Notes: generated by a model from the sequence alone, not told the origin. A DNA stretch of 64,000 bases from Asterias rubens (GCF_902459465.1 NC_047070.1:12276001-12340000), one strand, 5' to 3'. Counted from the stretch's first letter, positions 50,386-64,000 are shown. Translations and numbers: made by a program.

Positions 50386-50660
50386 TTTTTTAGCTGTTCC
50401 GACGTAGTGATCGGAGCAGCTATTAAAATCTTCAAGATTTTTATGAGCTGTTCCAATGTAGTTGTCAGAACAGCTATTGTTTTTGTTCAGATTTTTATTA
50501 GCTGTTCCGACGTAGTGGTGGGAACAGCAATTGAAATCACAAGATATTTATTAGCTGTTCCAACCTACCGTCGGAACAGGTATTGTTGTCGTCGAGATTT
50601 TTATTATTTTTAGCTGTTTCGACGTAGTGGTCGGAACATAAATTGTCAAGATTTTTATTT
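50386..50660. repeat. Tandem array of ~55-bp units, each a hairpin
   Basis: About five units of gctgttccgac-gtagtg-gtcggaacagc plus an AT-rich linker. Confidence 0.8.
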
Positions 50661-52429
50661 GTTATAACAATTATTTGTATCCGTCAAAAGCCCATAGGTT
50701 TAACCAGGGCATTTTGTAATGGCCAAAAGTCATACTTGGTCTAATATAAAGAGTCAGATCCTGTATCATATTAAAGCCTACATGTAGGTCTTAAAGTAAC
50801 AGTTAAATGTAACTAGCATAAATTAATTAATTAATTAACTAAGTTATAACAACATGAATATAATTAGGTAATCTTTAGACCGCAATATCTCAAAAACTAT
50901 ACGTCCGATCGTTTTTTTCGCTTCAATTTTATACCTTGATTTCGGGTACTGTTTAACTATTCCATGGCCTTAAATTCTGGACGGCGTCACCATGACGTCA
51001 TGTATTGCACGTTTATTGTCTGTACACAAACACAATGGCTCTTTTCATTTCATTTCATTTTATTTGCCAGCAAACATGAAAAAAAAAAAACATGTATTAC
51101 AAAATTGCACATCAAAGATTTACAAAAAAAAGCAATACAATGGTTATAAAAAGAGAACAACAAAAATCTGTAAAAACAAATTACTGAGAAACCTGGCCTG
51201 GCCGCTGGCAGATATAAGGATTGTGTAGGAAACACCTCCAGTGAGGGTGGAACACAAAACACTACAGACGAAACAAAAGACAAGAACCCTGGCAGGGAAA
51301 GCCAATAGCGACAAAAAGTCACTTTCAAAGTGGCTGACCTTTTGGTTCGAGACAATAACGAGTATTAACAAGACACACCCTCCATAGGAGGAATACGTAT
51401 AACCCACCAGCCAAGCCAGGCAACTCAGATATAAAATATAAGCAAGAAAAAACAATAATACATTAAAAAAAAATTAATTAAATGTGGACCTGATTTCTTT
51501 AAAATGTTTTATGATTCCGCCAACAAAACCAGGAAGGCTAGTTAAAAGTTGGTTCCTAACATGGGAGGGTAAACTGCCAAAGTAGACAGGAAATCTGTTA
51601 AAAACAGTAAATTTACACTATGAACAACTTTACCCTTAAATTGCCGTGAAAATCCGTTTTGCCACGAAATTGGAGATCAAGGTGAATTCAAGGCAATTTC
51701 ACAGTGTCCCTTGTTGCTCAGTTTTTGGTGATGCCATTCAGGGCAATTTCAAGGCAATTTCAGGCAAGCTCAATCTTGTCAGACTGTAAACAACTAATTT
51801 CTGAACTAAGTGGATTTAATTACCCAACACCCCAGGCAATTGAGTGACCTTCAGACCATGACCTAACTTTAGGGACACTCACTCAGTGGCTGATACACCC
51901 ATGTACCCACTCTATGACATACTATGGAGCTTCCCAATGCACACACAGTGCAACTTATGTCCCTGGTTTGAATGTACAATGTATGCATTATTGTCCATAT
52001 AGCGTCTGGTGCTAGTGCAAGCTTTATCATTCCAAGTATGTAGGGAAGCCGTTCCAAGTTGTTTGAAGACACTGGACACTATCGGTAATTGTCAAAGACT
52101 AATCTTCACAGTTCGTGTATCTCAATACATGCACAAAACAACAAACCTGTGAAAATTTTAGCTCAATAGATCGTTGAAGTTGCGAAATAATAATGAAAGA
52201 AAAACCACCCTTGTCACCCAAGTTGTGAGCTTTCAGATGTTTGATTTCGAGACCTCAAAAATTAATTCTAAATCTTAGGTCTCAAAATCATATTCGTGGA
52301 AATAACTTCATTCTCAAAAACTACATTACTTCAGAGCGAGCCGTTTCTCACAATGTTTTATACCATCAACTTCTCCCCATTAATGCATTACTTTCAGTGG
52401 CCAGTTTCTGTGAATAAACTGTGTCATGA

Positions 52430-53680
52430 GCAAGCCAATTGGACGCGCTGAAAACGATCCAAAAGAAATGATGAAATCCATTGCCTCAAGGGGCCACAGA
52501 TGCCATAAAGATGGAGTTTTTTAAAAAGGATTTGATGACTTACTTTATCAAAAGCCTTGCTCCAATCAAGGAAAACAACATCAACATCTGGTGGTGATCT
52601 AGCATCAAGAATCTGCGCCCAATGGTGGCAAACTGAAGTGAGAAGGGTGGTACATGAACGCCCATTGACAAAGCCATGTTGCTGATGAGAGATCAGACCA
52701 ACCGTACGCATGTACTGGGTTATACGGCCAGTAACCACCCTTTCCAGCAGCTTCCCAACCACAGAGCACAGTGAAATGGGTCAATAGTTTTTAATCACTG
52801 GTAAGTCACCTGCTTTATGGATTGGCACAACATTTGCTCGCTTCAAGTCATCAGGTATTCTTCCTTCGCTAAGAGATGAATTGAAAAGCAAGGGAAGAGC
52901 ATGGCAACCTGACCGGCAGTAATCTTTAACATTGTAGATGTTATACTGTCGGGCCAGGGGGCTTTACCTGACTTAAGATAATTAATGAGCTCAAATATCT
53001 TGTTAGCGTTGGTACCAATCGACTCTAGAGGGGAGCCAACGTGTCCATTACAGATGGTAAAAGAAGTGTCAACAAAGTCTTTATCTGTACAATTAGACGC
53101 AAAGAACTTGTTAAAAGACGTAGCAATAGTGGGAAGGTCAGTAACAACAGTATCCTCTTCTTTAAAAGAGATGGAACACTGTTTAGCCTTAGATGCACGC
53201 ACAAAAGACCAGAATTTAGCACCACAGTTAGAATTATCATTGGAAACATCTTTAAGGTACTCATAGTAATCCTTCCGAAACTGAGTATCAAGTTTATTTC
53301 TGAGTTGTTTGTATTTGTTCCATTTAGAGGAATTGTCAGGATCCTTACGACTAGCCCTATACAGGCGACGCTTCCTCTTGGCAAGATTTATAGTTTCAAC
53401 GGTAATCCAAGGCTTTTGTGGCTTCTTTTTAGCTTTCCGTGAAGGCACATAACTTGTGAATACAAGATAAAAATGTATCACGGAAGGGGCACCAGGTATC
53501 GTCTATTGATTTGCCACCAATGACTTTGTGCCAATCAATATTACCCAGATTATTTCTAAGCCCATCAACATCAGTCTTTGAGTACTGAAGAAACGTTCCA
53601 TGAGGAGGGGTCGGTCTAGGAGGAGCAACATGAAGTGTAAAATGAATGCCTGCATGGTCAGAAGTGTAAACAAACCCAGC
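52430..53680 (-). pseudogene. LINE ORF2 fragment (CR1/L2/Jockey-type RT)
   Basis: GKLLERVV...QQHGFVNGRSCTT...VDVVFLDWSKAFDKVSH...WISSFLLDRFQRV, with upstream linker PWITVET...KFWSFV; frameshifted. Confidence 0.9.
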
Positions 53681-54042
53681 TTTCAAAAACAGGATTTATT
53701 TGATTTAAATTAAAATACATATTTGTACACTTCAAAAAATTGTTTTAGATCAAGATATATTTTATTGACGGTCATTTTAAAAGCATCAAAACTTATTGAT
53801 ACAGTGTAATTAAAAAAAAAAACGTGTATTCTATGGGACATTTTTTCATTGATCATGGGTACGGCGTAAAACTAGATTTGAATTGTCAAAATTGTAAAAC
53901 TCTTAACTCGATCAAGTCTTATCCCATTTACGACCGGTGTTATTGCGTTTTTTGTTCAATAGGCCTATACATATGGTCACCAACTAGCACAAGTCTAAAG
54001 TCATTCCCAAAATTTGACAACCTCTGAGCGTGGTGCGTCGTG

Positions 54043-54979
54043 GACCGGGTTCGTTTCAGGCAACAAGCATGGACGACGAAAATAGACCGCCTGGGATTTG
54101 GAATGATTTACGGGTAAAGTCACCTTGTTTGCGCCGGGGACCATTTGCCTAAACTAATTCCAGTATTTCGCTTTATTTTCGGAAATTAGACCATGACAAA
54201 CAAAAACTCTTTGACAGGAAAACAACAGCAGAGATTTTATTAAGCTGACGTTCTTCTGGTGGTTACGTGGCTCAATTTTATAGAGCTGATTATAATAAAT
54301 AGGCAAAACAATTTGCTTTAAAAAATGCAGTAATTGAGCAGAATACCTGGATTCACAACTTGTACATGAGGCATTGTATTTGCTGTGTTATAAGCTGCTT
54401 TTTGTGTTTAAAAAGCTATGTAGTTTGGTCCTGGGCCAATGGCTATTAAAGGAAAGAATCGCAGCGCTTACGTAATCAGGGAATTGTGCTTACGCTACGC
54501 ATAATTAACAGCTGAGCAGGGAATGTGTTTTTGAGCGTCACAATTCGCAACCAAACATTTTCTACGGTTGACTAATTGTGCTCTACTCCTGCGAAACTTT
54601 CACTGCGAAAACAGTGACTTCAAAATTTGATTTGCATACGCAGGTAACCGTGCTAATTACTTGTGCAAAAGTAGGCTGGGGCGACTAGTGTGCTTTAGGG
54701 TTAAAGTTGCGACTACAAATTATTATTCGATCGCGACTACTGTTTTTCTCTACTCCGTTATAATCGTGCCCACACGTTGACTACAAATATTGTACCAACT
54801 ACCTGTTGCTTACTACTATTTGCAACATAATTAATATTTCGCTAGCGGCACATTGCGGCACAAATCTTGAGAATCCGTAATTTATCTCGACAAGTGTCAT
54901 AGTTGGGTTTGAGGTGCGACTAGTGGAGTAGTAAATTTCACTAGTCACCCAGGCCTATCATGACGGGAAACTTGCTTAA
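54043..54979 (+). repeat. ~940-bp repeat, copy A
   Basis: Continuous reverse-complement similarity to 59227-60198. Confidence 0.85.
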
Positions 54980-55273
54980 AGCCATTGGACACTTTTGGTA
55001 CAGAAAAAACATTAAAAGTTCACAGATTCACAAATAACTTAATTACAGGGTTTACAGAAGGTAATGGTGAAAGACTTCTCTTGAAATATTATTCCATGAA
55101 ATGCTTTACTTTTTGAGAAATCACCAAAACAATATCAATTCTCGTTATCGAGAATAACGGATTTATTTTAAACACATGTCATGACAAGGCAAAACGTGCG
55201 GAAATAAGGGTGGTTATTTTCTCCCGACTCCGATGACCAATTGAGCCTAAATTTTCACAGATTTTATATTTAA

Positions 55274-55651
55274 AGGCAGTGGACACTATTGGTAATTACT
55301 CAAAATAATTATTGGCATAAAACCTTTCTTGGTGACGAGTAATGGGGAGAGGTTGATGGTATAAAACATTGTGAGAAACGGCTCCCTCTGAAGTGCCTTA
55401 GTTTTCGAGAAAGAAGTAGTTTTCCACGAATTTGATTTTGAGACCTCAGATTTAGAACTTGAGGTCTTGAAATCAACCATCTTAAAGCACACAACTTCGT
55501 GTGACAAGGGCTATTTTTCTTTTCATCATTATCTCGCAACTTCGATGACGATTGAGCTCAAATTTTCACAGGTTTGTTATTTTATGCATATGTTGAGATA
55601 CACCAACTGTGCAGGCTAGTCTTTGACAATTACCAATAGTGTCCCCTGCCT
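55274..55651. mobile_element. TTAA-flanked MITE (same family as 30589-30979)
   Basis: ttaa|AGGCAGTGGACACTATTGG...CCAATAGTGTCCCCTGCCT|ttaa. Confidence 0.85.
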
Positions 55652-56834
55652 TTAAGTTGTGATACACGAAGTGTGGGCTCTGGACAACACTGTTTACCGA
55701 AAGTGTCAAATGTCTTCAACACGTGAAACACATGGCCAAAAAACGGCCCTCCCCGCGAACTTCCCCCTGCTGGCGAAAAGTGTTGCTATGTACCAAACCA
55801 GATTGCTCAGTATTTGTATAAAACATCCCTTTTCGGTACGATATTTTTTCTTAATTTATGCAACTCTAGAACATCTATAGGGCCTTTTTGGATTGAAGAA
55901 CTGCTAAAAACGCTCAAAAGTGTAAATACCTAAGGAGGTCAACTCAGTTTTCCAGGGGTTTGCTCACTAAATTTAACAGCTCCGCCGTCCATTCATCTTA
56001 CACAACTGGAGCGCATGTCTAAATAAACTAGAGATAATTCTCTTTCCAGTGATATAAGAATAATTTTGATTGGTCATGAGGAATATACAGGGCCTTTTTC
56101 AATCCAATTGTTGAGCTCCTTTCATATCTGAAGATGTGACCCATAATGATGTATTAGTAAGCATAGTCTGACTCCATTGTTTTCCCGTATGCAGGCAATG
56201 AACACACTTGTTGTGCTGGGCAGTATATAGCCCAATAATGCTTCTGGGTTTTTTTTGTCGGCGAAATCGCGAAATATTCGGCTTGAATCTCAGATTTGTT
56301 TACAAGTAAAGGGATTTTATGTTCCGGTTCCTAATATGATCACTGCCATAAGTTAAATATGTCTAAATATCCAGCAATTAAGTGTAAGAATTGACGTCTT
56401 GGCGTTGGATCACCTCATTATTTTTAAGAGGGGTAGACTGTGTGTGATGGTGTATGTGTGCATTATCGACTGTATGAGCCCGATTCCAATGAACAGATCT
56501 TAGATCTGGAGATGGATGGTTTACATGGGATGATCGAGGGAAGAACAGTTGTTTTCTTTGTTTCTTTACACTATGAAAATCTTTGCCGTGAAAACGATGT
56601 GAAACTCGATCTGGCCGTGAAATTGCCGTGAAATAGTTTTTCATGGCGTTTTCACAGCGATAAAACGCCGTGAAAATGCCATGAAAAAAGTCGCCATGAA
56701 AATGCCATGAAAAAAGTCGCCATGAAAACGCTGTGAAAACACAGTGAACTCTGCGAGGCCAGCTCATTAACTTTTCCATTCAAGTTAATCCTTTGCTCCA
56801 TTGTTGACCCTTTTGTATCCACTGTAATCCTACA

Positions 56835-58260
56835 CTAGCGGGATGCGCGGCAATCCCGCTAGAAAACTCTACGTATAAAATGCTGCACGTGTAGCGTTGT
56901 GTACAGGGGAGGGTTAAAGTGGCTGGGCATGGTCACAATACAAATCACTCTGGCAAACCACCCATCCAAAGTTAAGCAAATCTTAGTGCTTTGTGAAATC
57001 GTACACTAACCCCCGCCGTCTTTTTTCCGATTCGGCATTATTTGTCAATCCCATCCAGTGTTTTCCAGTTTCCAGCGGGTCCCAATAGTGGTTCTTTCCC
57101 AGTCCGGTTTATATCCCATATAATTTATTTTGTTCCCGTTCAGTTTATTATTTTCCTGTCCTGTATCGTTTTCAAGTCCCCTTTCTTTTTTCCCCCTCAC
57201 CAGCCCCGTTCATTTTTCCCCACTTCCCTGTCCAACCGTGTGCCCCTTCCCTATCCTGTCCCATATCTAACCCACGCATCCGTGCCTCCCGTACCCGCAA
57301 TCCCGTGCATTGGCATTGTTCTTTGCTTGCCACTGTTTGCCCATAACTCATATTTTCCAGTTTCGCGCAGGTCCCGTTTGTGGTTCTTTCCCGTTTCATG
57401 GGCGCCCATATCATGATAGTCCCTTTTCATTTTTTCAATCCCTACCCCAGCCCTGTTAATTTTCCCCGTTATTTTATCTTTGCCGTTCCCCCACCCGTCC
57501 CCCATTACACAGACGTACCACTTTGTGCCCCTTCCTCTTATCCCCCATCCTAAATCTAACCCGTTCTTCCTTCCCCATCCCGCACATGAATTGTTCTGTG
57601 CAATTTTTTCTCTGGTTCTCCGTTTCGTGTATTTTTCTCTGTCCAGTTTATTTTTCCTTGTCTAATGTCATCATTAGTCCCTTTTTCTTTTTCCCCTTGC
57701 CGTATTATTTTTCCCAGCCCTTTTACTATGTTCCCTTAATTTTTTGCCGTTCCCCCGCCCCTTCCAACAGACATACCACACTGCGTGCCCCTTCCTTCTC
57801 CCTGTCCCACAACTTGCTCTAATAACCCACACCAGCCTTCGTCCTGTCGTCGAGCCTAGCTCGATCCCATGCATTGTTCTTTACTGTATGTACGCGCGAA
57901 GTTACTGGACGGCCGCGCTGTGACTGTGACATCACAAAGGACGCCTGCACTCAATCACAAAGTTAGGCCGTGTCCGAAACGACGACTTCGGCTACAGCTA
58001 CGTCTAGATCAGCGCGTCTACCAGTGTTGAAGAATAGGCAGACGCGCGCGATCTAGCCGTAGCTGTAGCCGAAGTCGCCGTTTCGGACATGACCTTATAC
58101 ACGCTCGCGCTTTGACTGTGACGTCACAAACAGCGCATATCCCCAACCCCCGGGTACCCCAAAATTGACCCCAGGACGCATCATTATAGGGTACGGGCAC
58201 CACTTAACGTGAAAACAACATGGCGGTGCCCATGCGATTTAAGCGCTTTTATAATATAGA
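56835..58260 (-). mobile_element. Non-autonomous Helitron, second copy
   Basis: Same TC / hairpin-CTAG ends, A|T target and internal sequence as 48572-49928. Confidence 0.88.
57966..58094. mobile_element. PIF/Harbinger-type hairpin MITE inside the Helitron
   Basis: TIR GGCCGTGTCCGAAACG versus GGTCATGTCCGAAACG, TTA on both flanks, ~55-bp arms. Confidence 0.8.
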
Positions 58261-59226
58261 TGAATGTATTATATTATAACGGTCTACTCTTGCCAGTTTG
58301 GCAACCATTGGTGTGTAAAACTGTGATGATCATATCAACAAATGGCGCAGTGCTGTAACCCATCAAACATCGACGTCGATCATTTTTGAACTCGGTCGTG
58401 AAGTTCTTGAGATATGATGCTGCAAAGATTTCCTAATTAAATATGCAAATGACTTTTAATATTTTTACGATAATTAAGCTTACATCCTAAACTTCCATTT
58501 GATAATAATTATAATACGTGTTTAAAAACACATAATTTTGTAGGATACTCCTTTCCTATTCCTGCCGATAGGGGGCACTCTCACGAGACATTTCAGTTGC
58601 ACGATTTCTGGACAGTAATGTCTGTATCTGACTCTGTATTTGCATGTGTACGTGGCAAAGGCTAAAACTGGCATAAAATGTCAAGCTATAACTTCCCCTC
58701 ATATAGGCCTCGCTGTATAGAACTCTGCCCCTATACAACCACCATTCTCTGCTACTGACAGTAGTACTGTGCAAGCGCTGAAATAACTGTGCAAGTTCGA
58801 AGCAAAGATTACATACGATGAGTTTCCCTGCGCACAAGCAAAAATGCCCTGCTAAGCTGTGAAATATGCTTTTATGTAAGCGCACAATATCCGCGCGTGT
58901 CAATTCTTTGCTTATGCAGAGTCAAATTGGGCCAGTCTCACAAGATGTCCCCTCATGTACTATGTACTAACAATTTTACATGTTTGAAGTGTAGGCCTAC
59001 TGTATGCCTTACCAAACCTACTTACAGGGCAAAATTCCATGGTACTGATTACCACCAAACTCTGCGCTTATGATCACCTTTTTCCGCACACAAACAAAAT
59101 AAATCCCTGCTAAGCAGTATATTTCGCTTGACGTAAGCGCAGAATTCACTGCTTCTCCTAAGCTCTGAATCTTTGCTTCCAGAGCAGAGCATGACATTGG
59201 GCCCATTTGCACAAGATTATTCATTA

Positions 59227-60198
59227 TTATGCAAGTTCCCACCATGATAGGCCTGGGTGACTAGTGAAATTTACTACTCGACTAGTCGCACCTCAAACCC
59301 AACTACAACACTTGTCGAGATAATTTTGTGATTCTCAAAATTTGTGCTGCAATGTGCCGCAAGCGCATGATACTAACTATGTTGCGAATAGTAGTAAGCG
59401 ACACAACTGGTTCACAAAACAGGTAGTCGGGACTATTTTTGTCAACGTGTGAGCACGGTTATAACAAAGTAGAGAAAAACAGAAGAAGCGACTCGAATAA
59501 TAATTTGTTATCGCGACTTTAACACGAAGCACACTAGTCGCCCCAGCGTACTTTTGCACAAGTAGGTCTAAGGCACGGTTATCCTGCAAATGCAAATCAA
59601 ATTTTTAAGTCACTGTTTTCGCACTGAAAGTTTCACAAGAGTTGAGCACAATTAGTCAACTGAAGCAAATTATTTGTTGCGAATTGTGATGCTCAAGAAC
59701 ACATACCCTTCTAAGCTGTTAAATACGCTTAGCTTAAGCACAATTCCCTGATTATGTGAGCGCTGCGATTCTTTCCTTTAAAAGCCATTGGCCCAGGACC
59801 AAACTACATATAGCTTCACACAAAAAGCAGTAACACAGCAAATTATGCAAGGTAACCAGACACAACACCATGCCTCATGTACATGTACAAGTTGTTACTC
59901 CAGGTATTCTGCTCAATTTCTGCAATTTTTTAAAGCAAAATGTTTTGCCTACTTATTATAAGCAGCTCAACCACAAGAGAAACGTCAGCATACTAAAGTC
60001 TCTGCTTTTTAAAATTTGTACTCCTGTCAAAGAGTTTTTGTTTGACGTGGTCTAATTTCCAGAAGTAAAGCGAAATACTGGCATTAATTTAGGCAAGTGG
60101 TCCCCGGCGCAAAGAAGGTGACTTTACCCGTAAATCAATTCAAATCCCAGGCGGTCTGTTTTCGTCGTCCACGCTCGTCGCCTGAAACGAACCCGGTC
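59227..60198 (-). repeat. ~970-bp repeat, copy B (inverted)
   Basis: Reverse complement of 54043-54979. Confidence 0.85.
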
Positions 60199-60491
60199 AT
60201 TTTTACTCCTCAAAAACTCCAGCACCACAGCAAGTAATATTTTAAGGTAAGCTTTCAACTATCATTATCTTCAAACTGTTTAAGTTTAGTGTACATCTTT
60301 GGACACGATGGTGTGTCGTCGTCGTCGAAAACCCCTATTTAATTACACACGTTCATCTGAACGAAAACCCTAAACCTTCGTACTCACAAAGTAATGGGCC
60401 CGGAAGCCGATTAGAAAGTAATGGGTCCTGAACGCTGGTAGGAAAACAGAATGAGTAGACTCCTCTCAAGAAGTCACAACTCATGATAGGT

Positions 60492-60905
60492 ATATAATAA
60501 TAATAATAATAATAATACAAGGTATTTATAAAGCGCTCTAACTAACAGGGGAAAGTACCACAGCGCTGAACACACAAAATAAACAAAGAGCAAAGAATAA
60601 ATAAAGCAAGCAAATCAGTTGAACAGGTGGGTTTTGAGAGATTTCTTGAAGGCTGCTAGTGAGCTAGAGTGGCGGATGCTGTGAGGTAAATCATTCCAGA
60701 GTTTGGGGGCAGCAGCGTGGAAGCTTTTTTCCCCAGTAGTGGTGCGTGTTTTGGGGATGGCAAGTAGTCTGGTGTCAGTAGATGACCGGAGGTATCTGTT
60801 AGGTTTGTACAACTGAATGAGATCCGTTAGGTATGAAGGCGCAGAGGCAGTATTGAGACATTTGAAGACCAGGGTAAGTATTTTGAAGTTGATACGGTTG
60901 GAGAC
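60492..60905 (-). mobile_element. 5'-truncated L2 LINE 3' end with (TAT)n tail
   Basis: RINFKILTLVFKCL...APSYLTDLI...YLRSS...GEKSFHAAAPKLWNDLP...FKKSLKTHLF*, followed by a short UTR and microsatellite tail. Confidence 0.9.
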
Positions 60906-63900
60906 TGTATTGCATTTACCGTAGAGAATGTTTAACAATAAAATGGAAGTGACTGCATCCAGTTATATTCAAATAAGTAGACTCCTCTCAAGAAGTCACA
61001 ACTCATGATATGTACATCAGTCATGATCGCAACTTTGGTTTAATTGCTAGTTTAACGTAATAATGGATAGTTCACGTTGGCATTCATGGTTTTCGCTTGG
61101 TAGGCAGTGTTGTCAGCATGTTGTGCCCTATGTTTTGGCACAGGCCACTAGGTATGTTGCATTGGCAGGCCTTATGTGCTGTGTGTGGTTTCTTGGTGTG
61201 CGCTGTCGTTTTTCTTGGGGCACGCTGTGCGCGTGTGGCGTTTTTGGTCGAAAAATGACAGGTTTAGTTGGTGATCTAAGGTTATGTCGTAAAATACAAC
61301 AGGTTTTATTGCTTCATTATATCAGCAGTTTAACTTTTAGCAGGTACATGTAATATTAATCTTAAATGATTTTGGCAATTTCATGAACAATGGTAATTCC
61401 AAGTGCTACTTTTACCTGTACCATTGTTCGTGCCAAATTGAAAAAATGCAAATGTTTATTACCGTACAGTCATATTAAATTACACCATTTAATTTATGTA
61501 ATGTTAGATTAGTGCCTCTCCGTATCGTTGGGGTTATATGTGTTTCCTCTTGTGCGTTCCAACTTAGGGCCCGGACGAATTATCTTAAAACAATAAGTAC
61601 TTTAGTTACTTTTTATAGTGCCCTACGGTTTTTTGTTGGGGCTACAGTCGGTGTCCCCTCAGACCAGTGTCTTAGCCAGGAATTTGGAAAGTGGGAGTGC
61701 AAACTGAAAAAGTGGAAGTGCAACCTAAAATCACTACAAAAAATAGAAACGTGTGCGTAGCACACAACAAGAGCGCACAGCGCCAAGTCTGTCTCACCCC
61801 CCCCCCCCCCCCCTCTTAAGGGCCCTGAAGCTCTGGATACTGTAGGTGCTCTCTGGTGGTTTCTGATGCATTTCTGGTACCTATTTCTGTTACAAGTAAA
61901 CTATTTTGATTTAATTTTTGTTTTGTTTTCAACTCGAAAATGAGAGGCTTTAAAGCACAGATATTGTAAAGGTGATCGACGTCCACTATACATTATTAAA
62001 CTCTATAAAATGTTTCTGGGTCAATATTAGGCCAGTTCAAAGCAGTTACTTGGACCATGGAGCTGCGCTTGGACCCATTTAGCCTGAAATGTTTTAAAAG
62101 CGATCAAATAATGCAGTACAAGTTTGCTGTCAACAAAATATTTGTTGGCATGTGTTAATACTCTTGATACAAATTTTTGCTTAAAGACTAAAAAAAAATG
62201 GAGAGGTATTGAAGAAATTAAGAGTTATCATTTACTAATGTAAATTTTCTATCCATTCTTGTCCATTTGATTTCAGAACTATAGGCCTAAGGTCAAGAAG
62301 CTGATAATAGTTGTTGTATTTATTTTAAACACATCTGTAAAATAATGATTCACACAAATATTTGCAACCAACCAAAATGCCAAGAGTGTTTAACATGTAC
62401 CATAATTGTTTGCTTAATTTAAACTGACTGATCATGGTAATTAATATTTTCCTTAGGGTTTCATAACGTTTAAGTCTTATAGGTTGTTTAATTGTTGAAA
62501 CTGGGTCAAAGACAATTTGTAAACTGTCTGCAGAGAATAAAGAACCAACAGTTACGTAAGACAGTGCCATTTAAGTAGTTCCACTGGGCAAAAAAAACGT
62601 ACCATGCATTGTCATGGTCCAGAGTAAATGGTCCAGAGTAAATATCCAGTTTTTTTAAATAAGCGTTGGGATTAAAGTAACAATGGAGTAATGTTTCTTT
62701 ATTTAAGTATTTAATACTATACGTGTAGAATGTTATAGATTTCCTTAGTGGGGCGAGCACACATACTTTAAGTTTGGGGTGAGCAGTCACGCGTGTGTTA
62801 AACTCGTTAATCGATTGGAACTTTTCTTCGTATGCCACAAAAACACCTGTTTTGCAGACATGAACAGAATAATATTGGAATTCGCAGAGTTTGGAGAATG
62901 CTGAGAATTCAGGATTCACTACATAAGGAAGGATTGCGACCATCCTCGTCCCTCACATTTTTATTTCTTCAGTTTCGGGGCGGAGGTCTGCAGAGTAGCA
63001 GAGTTGAGTGGGCGGAGAATTCCCTCTGAGAATGCCCACGTTGGAGCGGCATTTTTAGTTCGACATGTGTTAGTTTCGCCGTTCCTGCACGGATCAATCC
63101 GTGAAGCCTCCAGTAAAGTTCGTCGCTGCCGAAACCATGCAGTAGGCTGCGGTGGCTCTTCAAGGACGGGGAGTTTGCACGTCGACGAGGCGGAGCTGTG
63201 ACTTCCCGAGAGCGTCGAACTTTACGACACACAGACTCATGACTTGGGTACTGTGTGAGTTTTCTTTTCCTCCGAGCTGCGGTCGTCGGACTTTGTTGTA
63301 CCGGTTGCGTGAAGCAACGACGGTACGAAAGCAGAGAGCACCGAGGGGCCGACCATTTTTCCACACCGGGTTTCATCACATCGCGTACCTTGGAAGGACA
63401 ACAATCTACGGGGACATTTTCATCAGAATAGGCGAACACTGGTCTTCAGCTCTCTCCGAGAGAGTCGAGGTATATCAGAGGCTGTTGGGTCTTCAACCCT
63501 ATTTTGCCTAGGCTGCTCGCCCCCCGTTTATATTCAATTCATGTCACAACTGGTTAACTGCCTTTTTTGTATTGCCTTATTTTTGTTTACGTAATGGTTT
63601 ATATTAAATTTAATTGAACATACTTGCTGTTTCATGATGTGCTGGTCTGTTTGACTACTTTTGTTACCCTTATTTCTTTGGGGCGGGGGTATTTTTCGAA
63701 GTCTCTGGCCTTTAGGAATTTGGATCGTAACAGCATTGAAAAATAAATTTGGGAGGTCTATACAGCAAAACCGACTTAAGATTTGAAAAGAAACATGAAC
63801 CAGTTTTTGATCCTTTCGAGCCGAAAATAAACATCGTTTTGTCAACTGCATTAACACCCAAGAGATGCAAACATTGAAATCCAAAAAAGTCTCGATGTTT

Positions 63901-64000
63901 CAAACAAACTCTACAACGAACAAACGATGTGCCCTTGAATTTCCAGAAGGAAAAAAGATCGTCATGTTTGCTGCGGTCGAGTTGGGAAAAACTGCGGAAC

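Noticed and set aside
50386-50660. CRISPR-like array of palindromic repeats
   Set aside because: The linkers resemble each other rather than being unique spacers, the context is eukaryotic, and there are no cas genes
54084-54097. 5S-like word AGACCGCCTGGGA in the 950-bp repeats
   Set aside because: Only 13 nt match, with no further 5S similarity
55716-55826. MFY-starting ORF as REC8 exon 1
   Set aside because: It lacks the G.F..IW motif, and the donor phase does not match the next exon

Overview
AT-rich, intron-containing animal genomic DNA. The repeat repertoire suggests a marine invertebrate deuterostome such as an echinoderm (inference). The only host gene I can recognise is the meiotic cohesin REC8 on the minus strand: two N-terminal exons at 47627-47701 and 34689-34831, in phase with each other, plus one weak candidate exon. 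Its very large introns are packed with nested transposons. These include DIRS1-type tyrosine-recombinase retrotransposons and a complete 7.5-kb Zator-type element (GG termini, TTA TSD, DD43E transposase) that carries a second, divergently oriented BEN-domain gene. A diverged paralogue has the same two-gene layout. There is also a complete 6.07-kb RAG1/Transib-fold (Chapaev-like) transposon with CAC termini and a 4-bp TSD. Its ends are asymmetric and RSS-like (9 vs 19 bp spacers), and it sits inside a DIRS gag. The rest comprises Penelope fragments with minimal hammerhead ribozymes, two Helitrons, LINE fragments, MITEs, a tRNA-SINE and a 5S fragment. All TE ORFs carry lesions or deletions. Domain calls come from motif recognition by eye, not from database searches.
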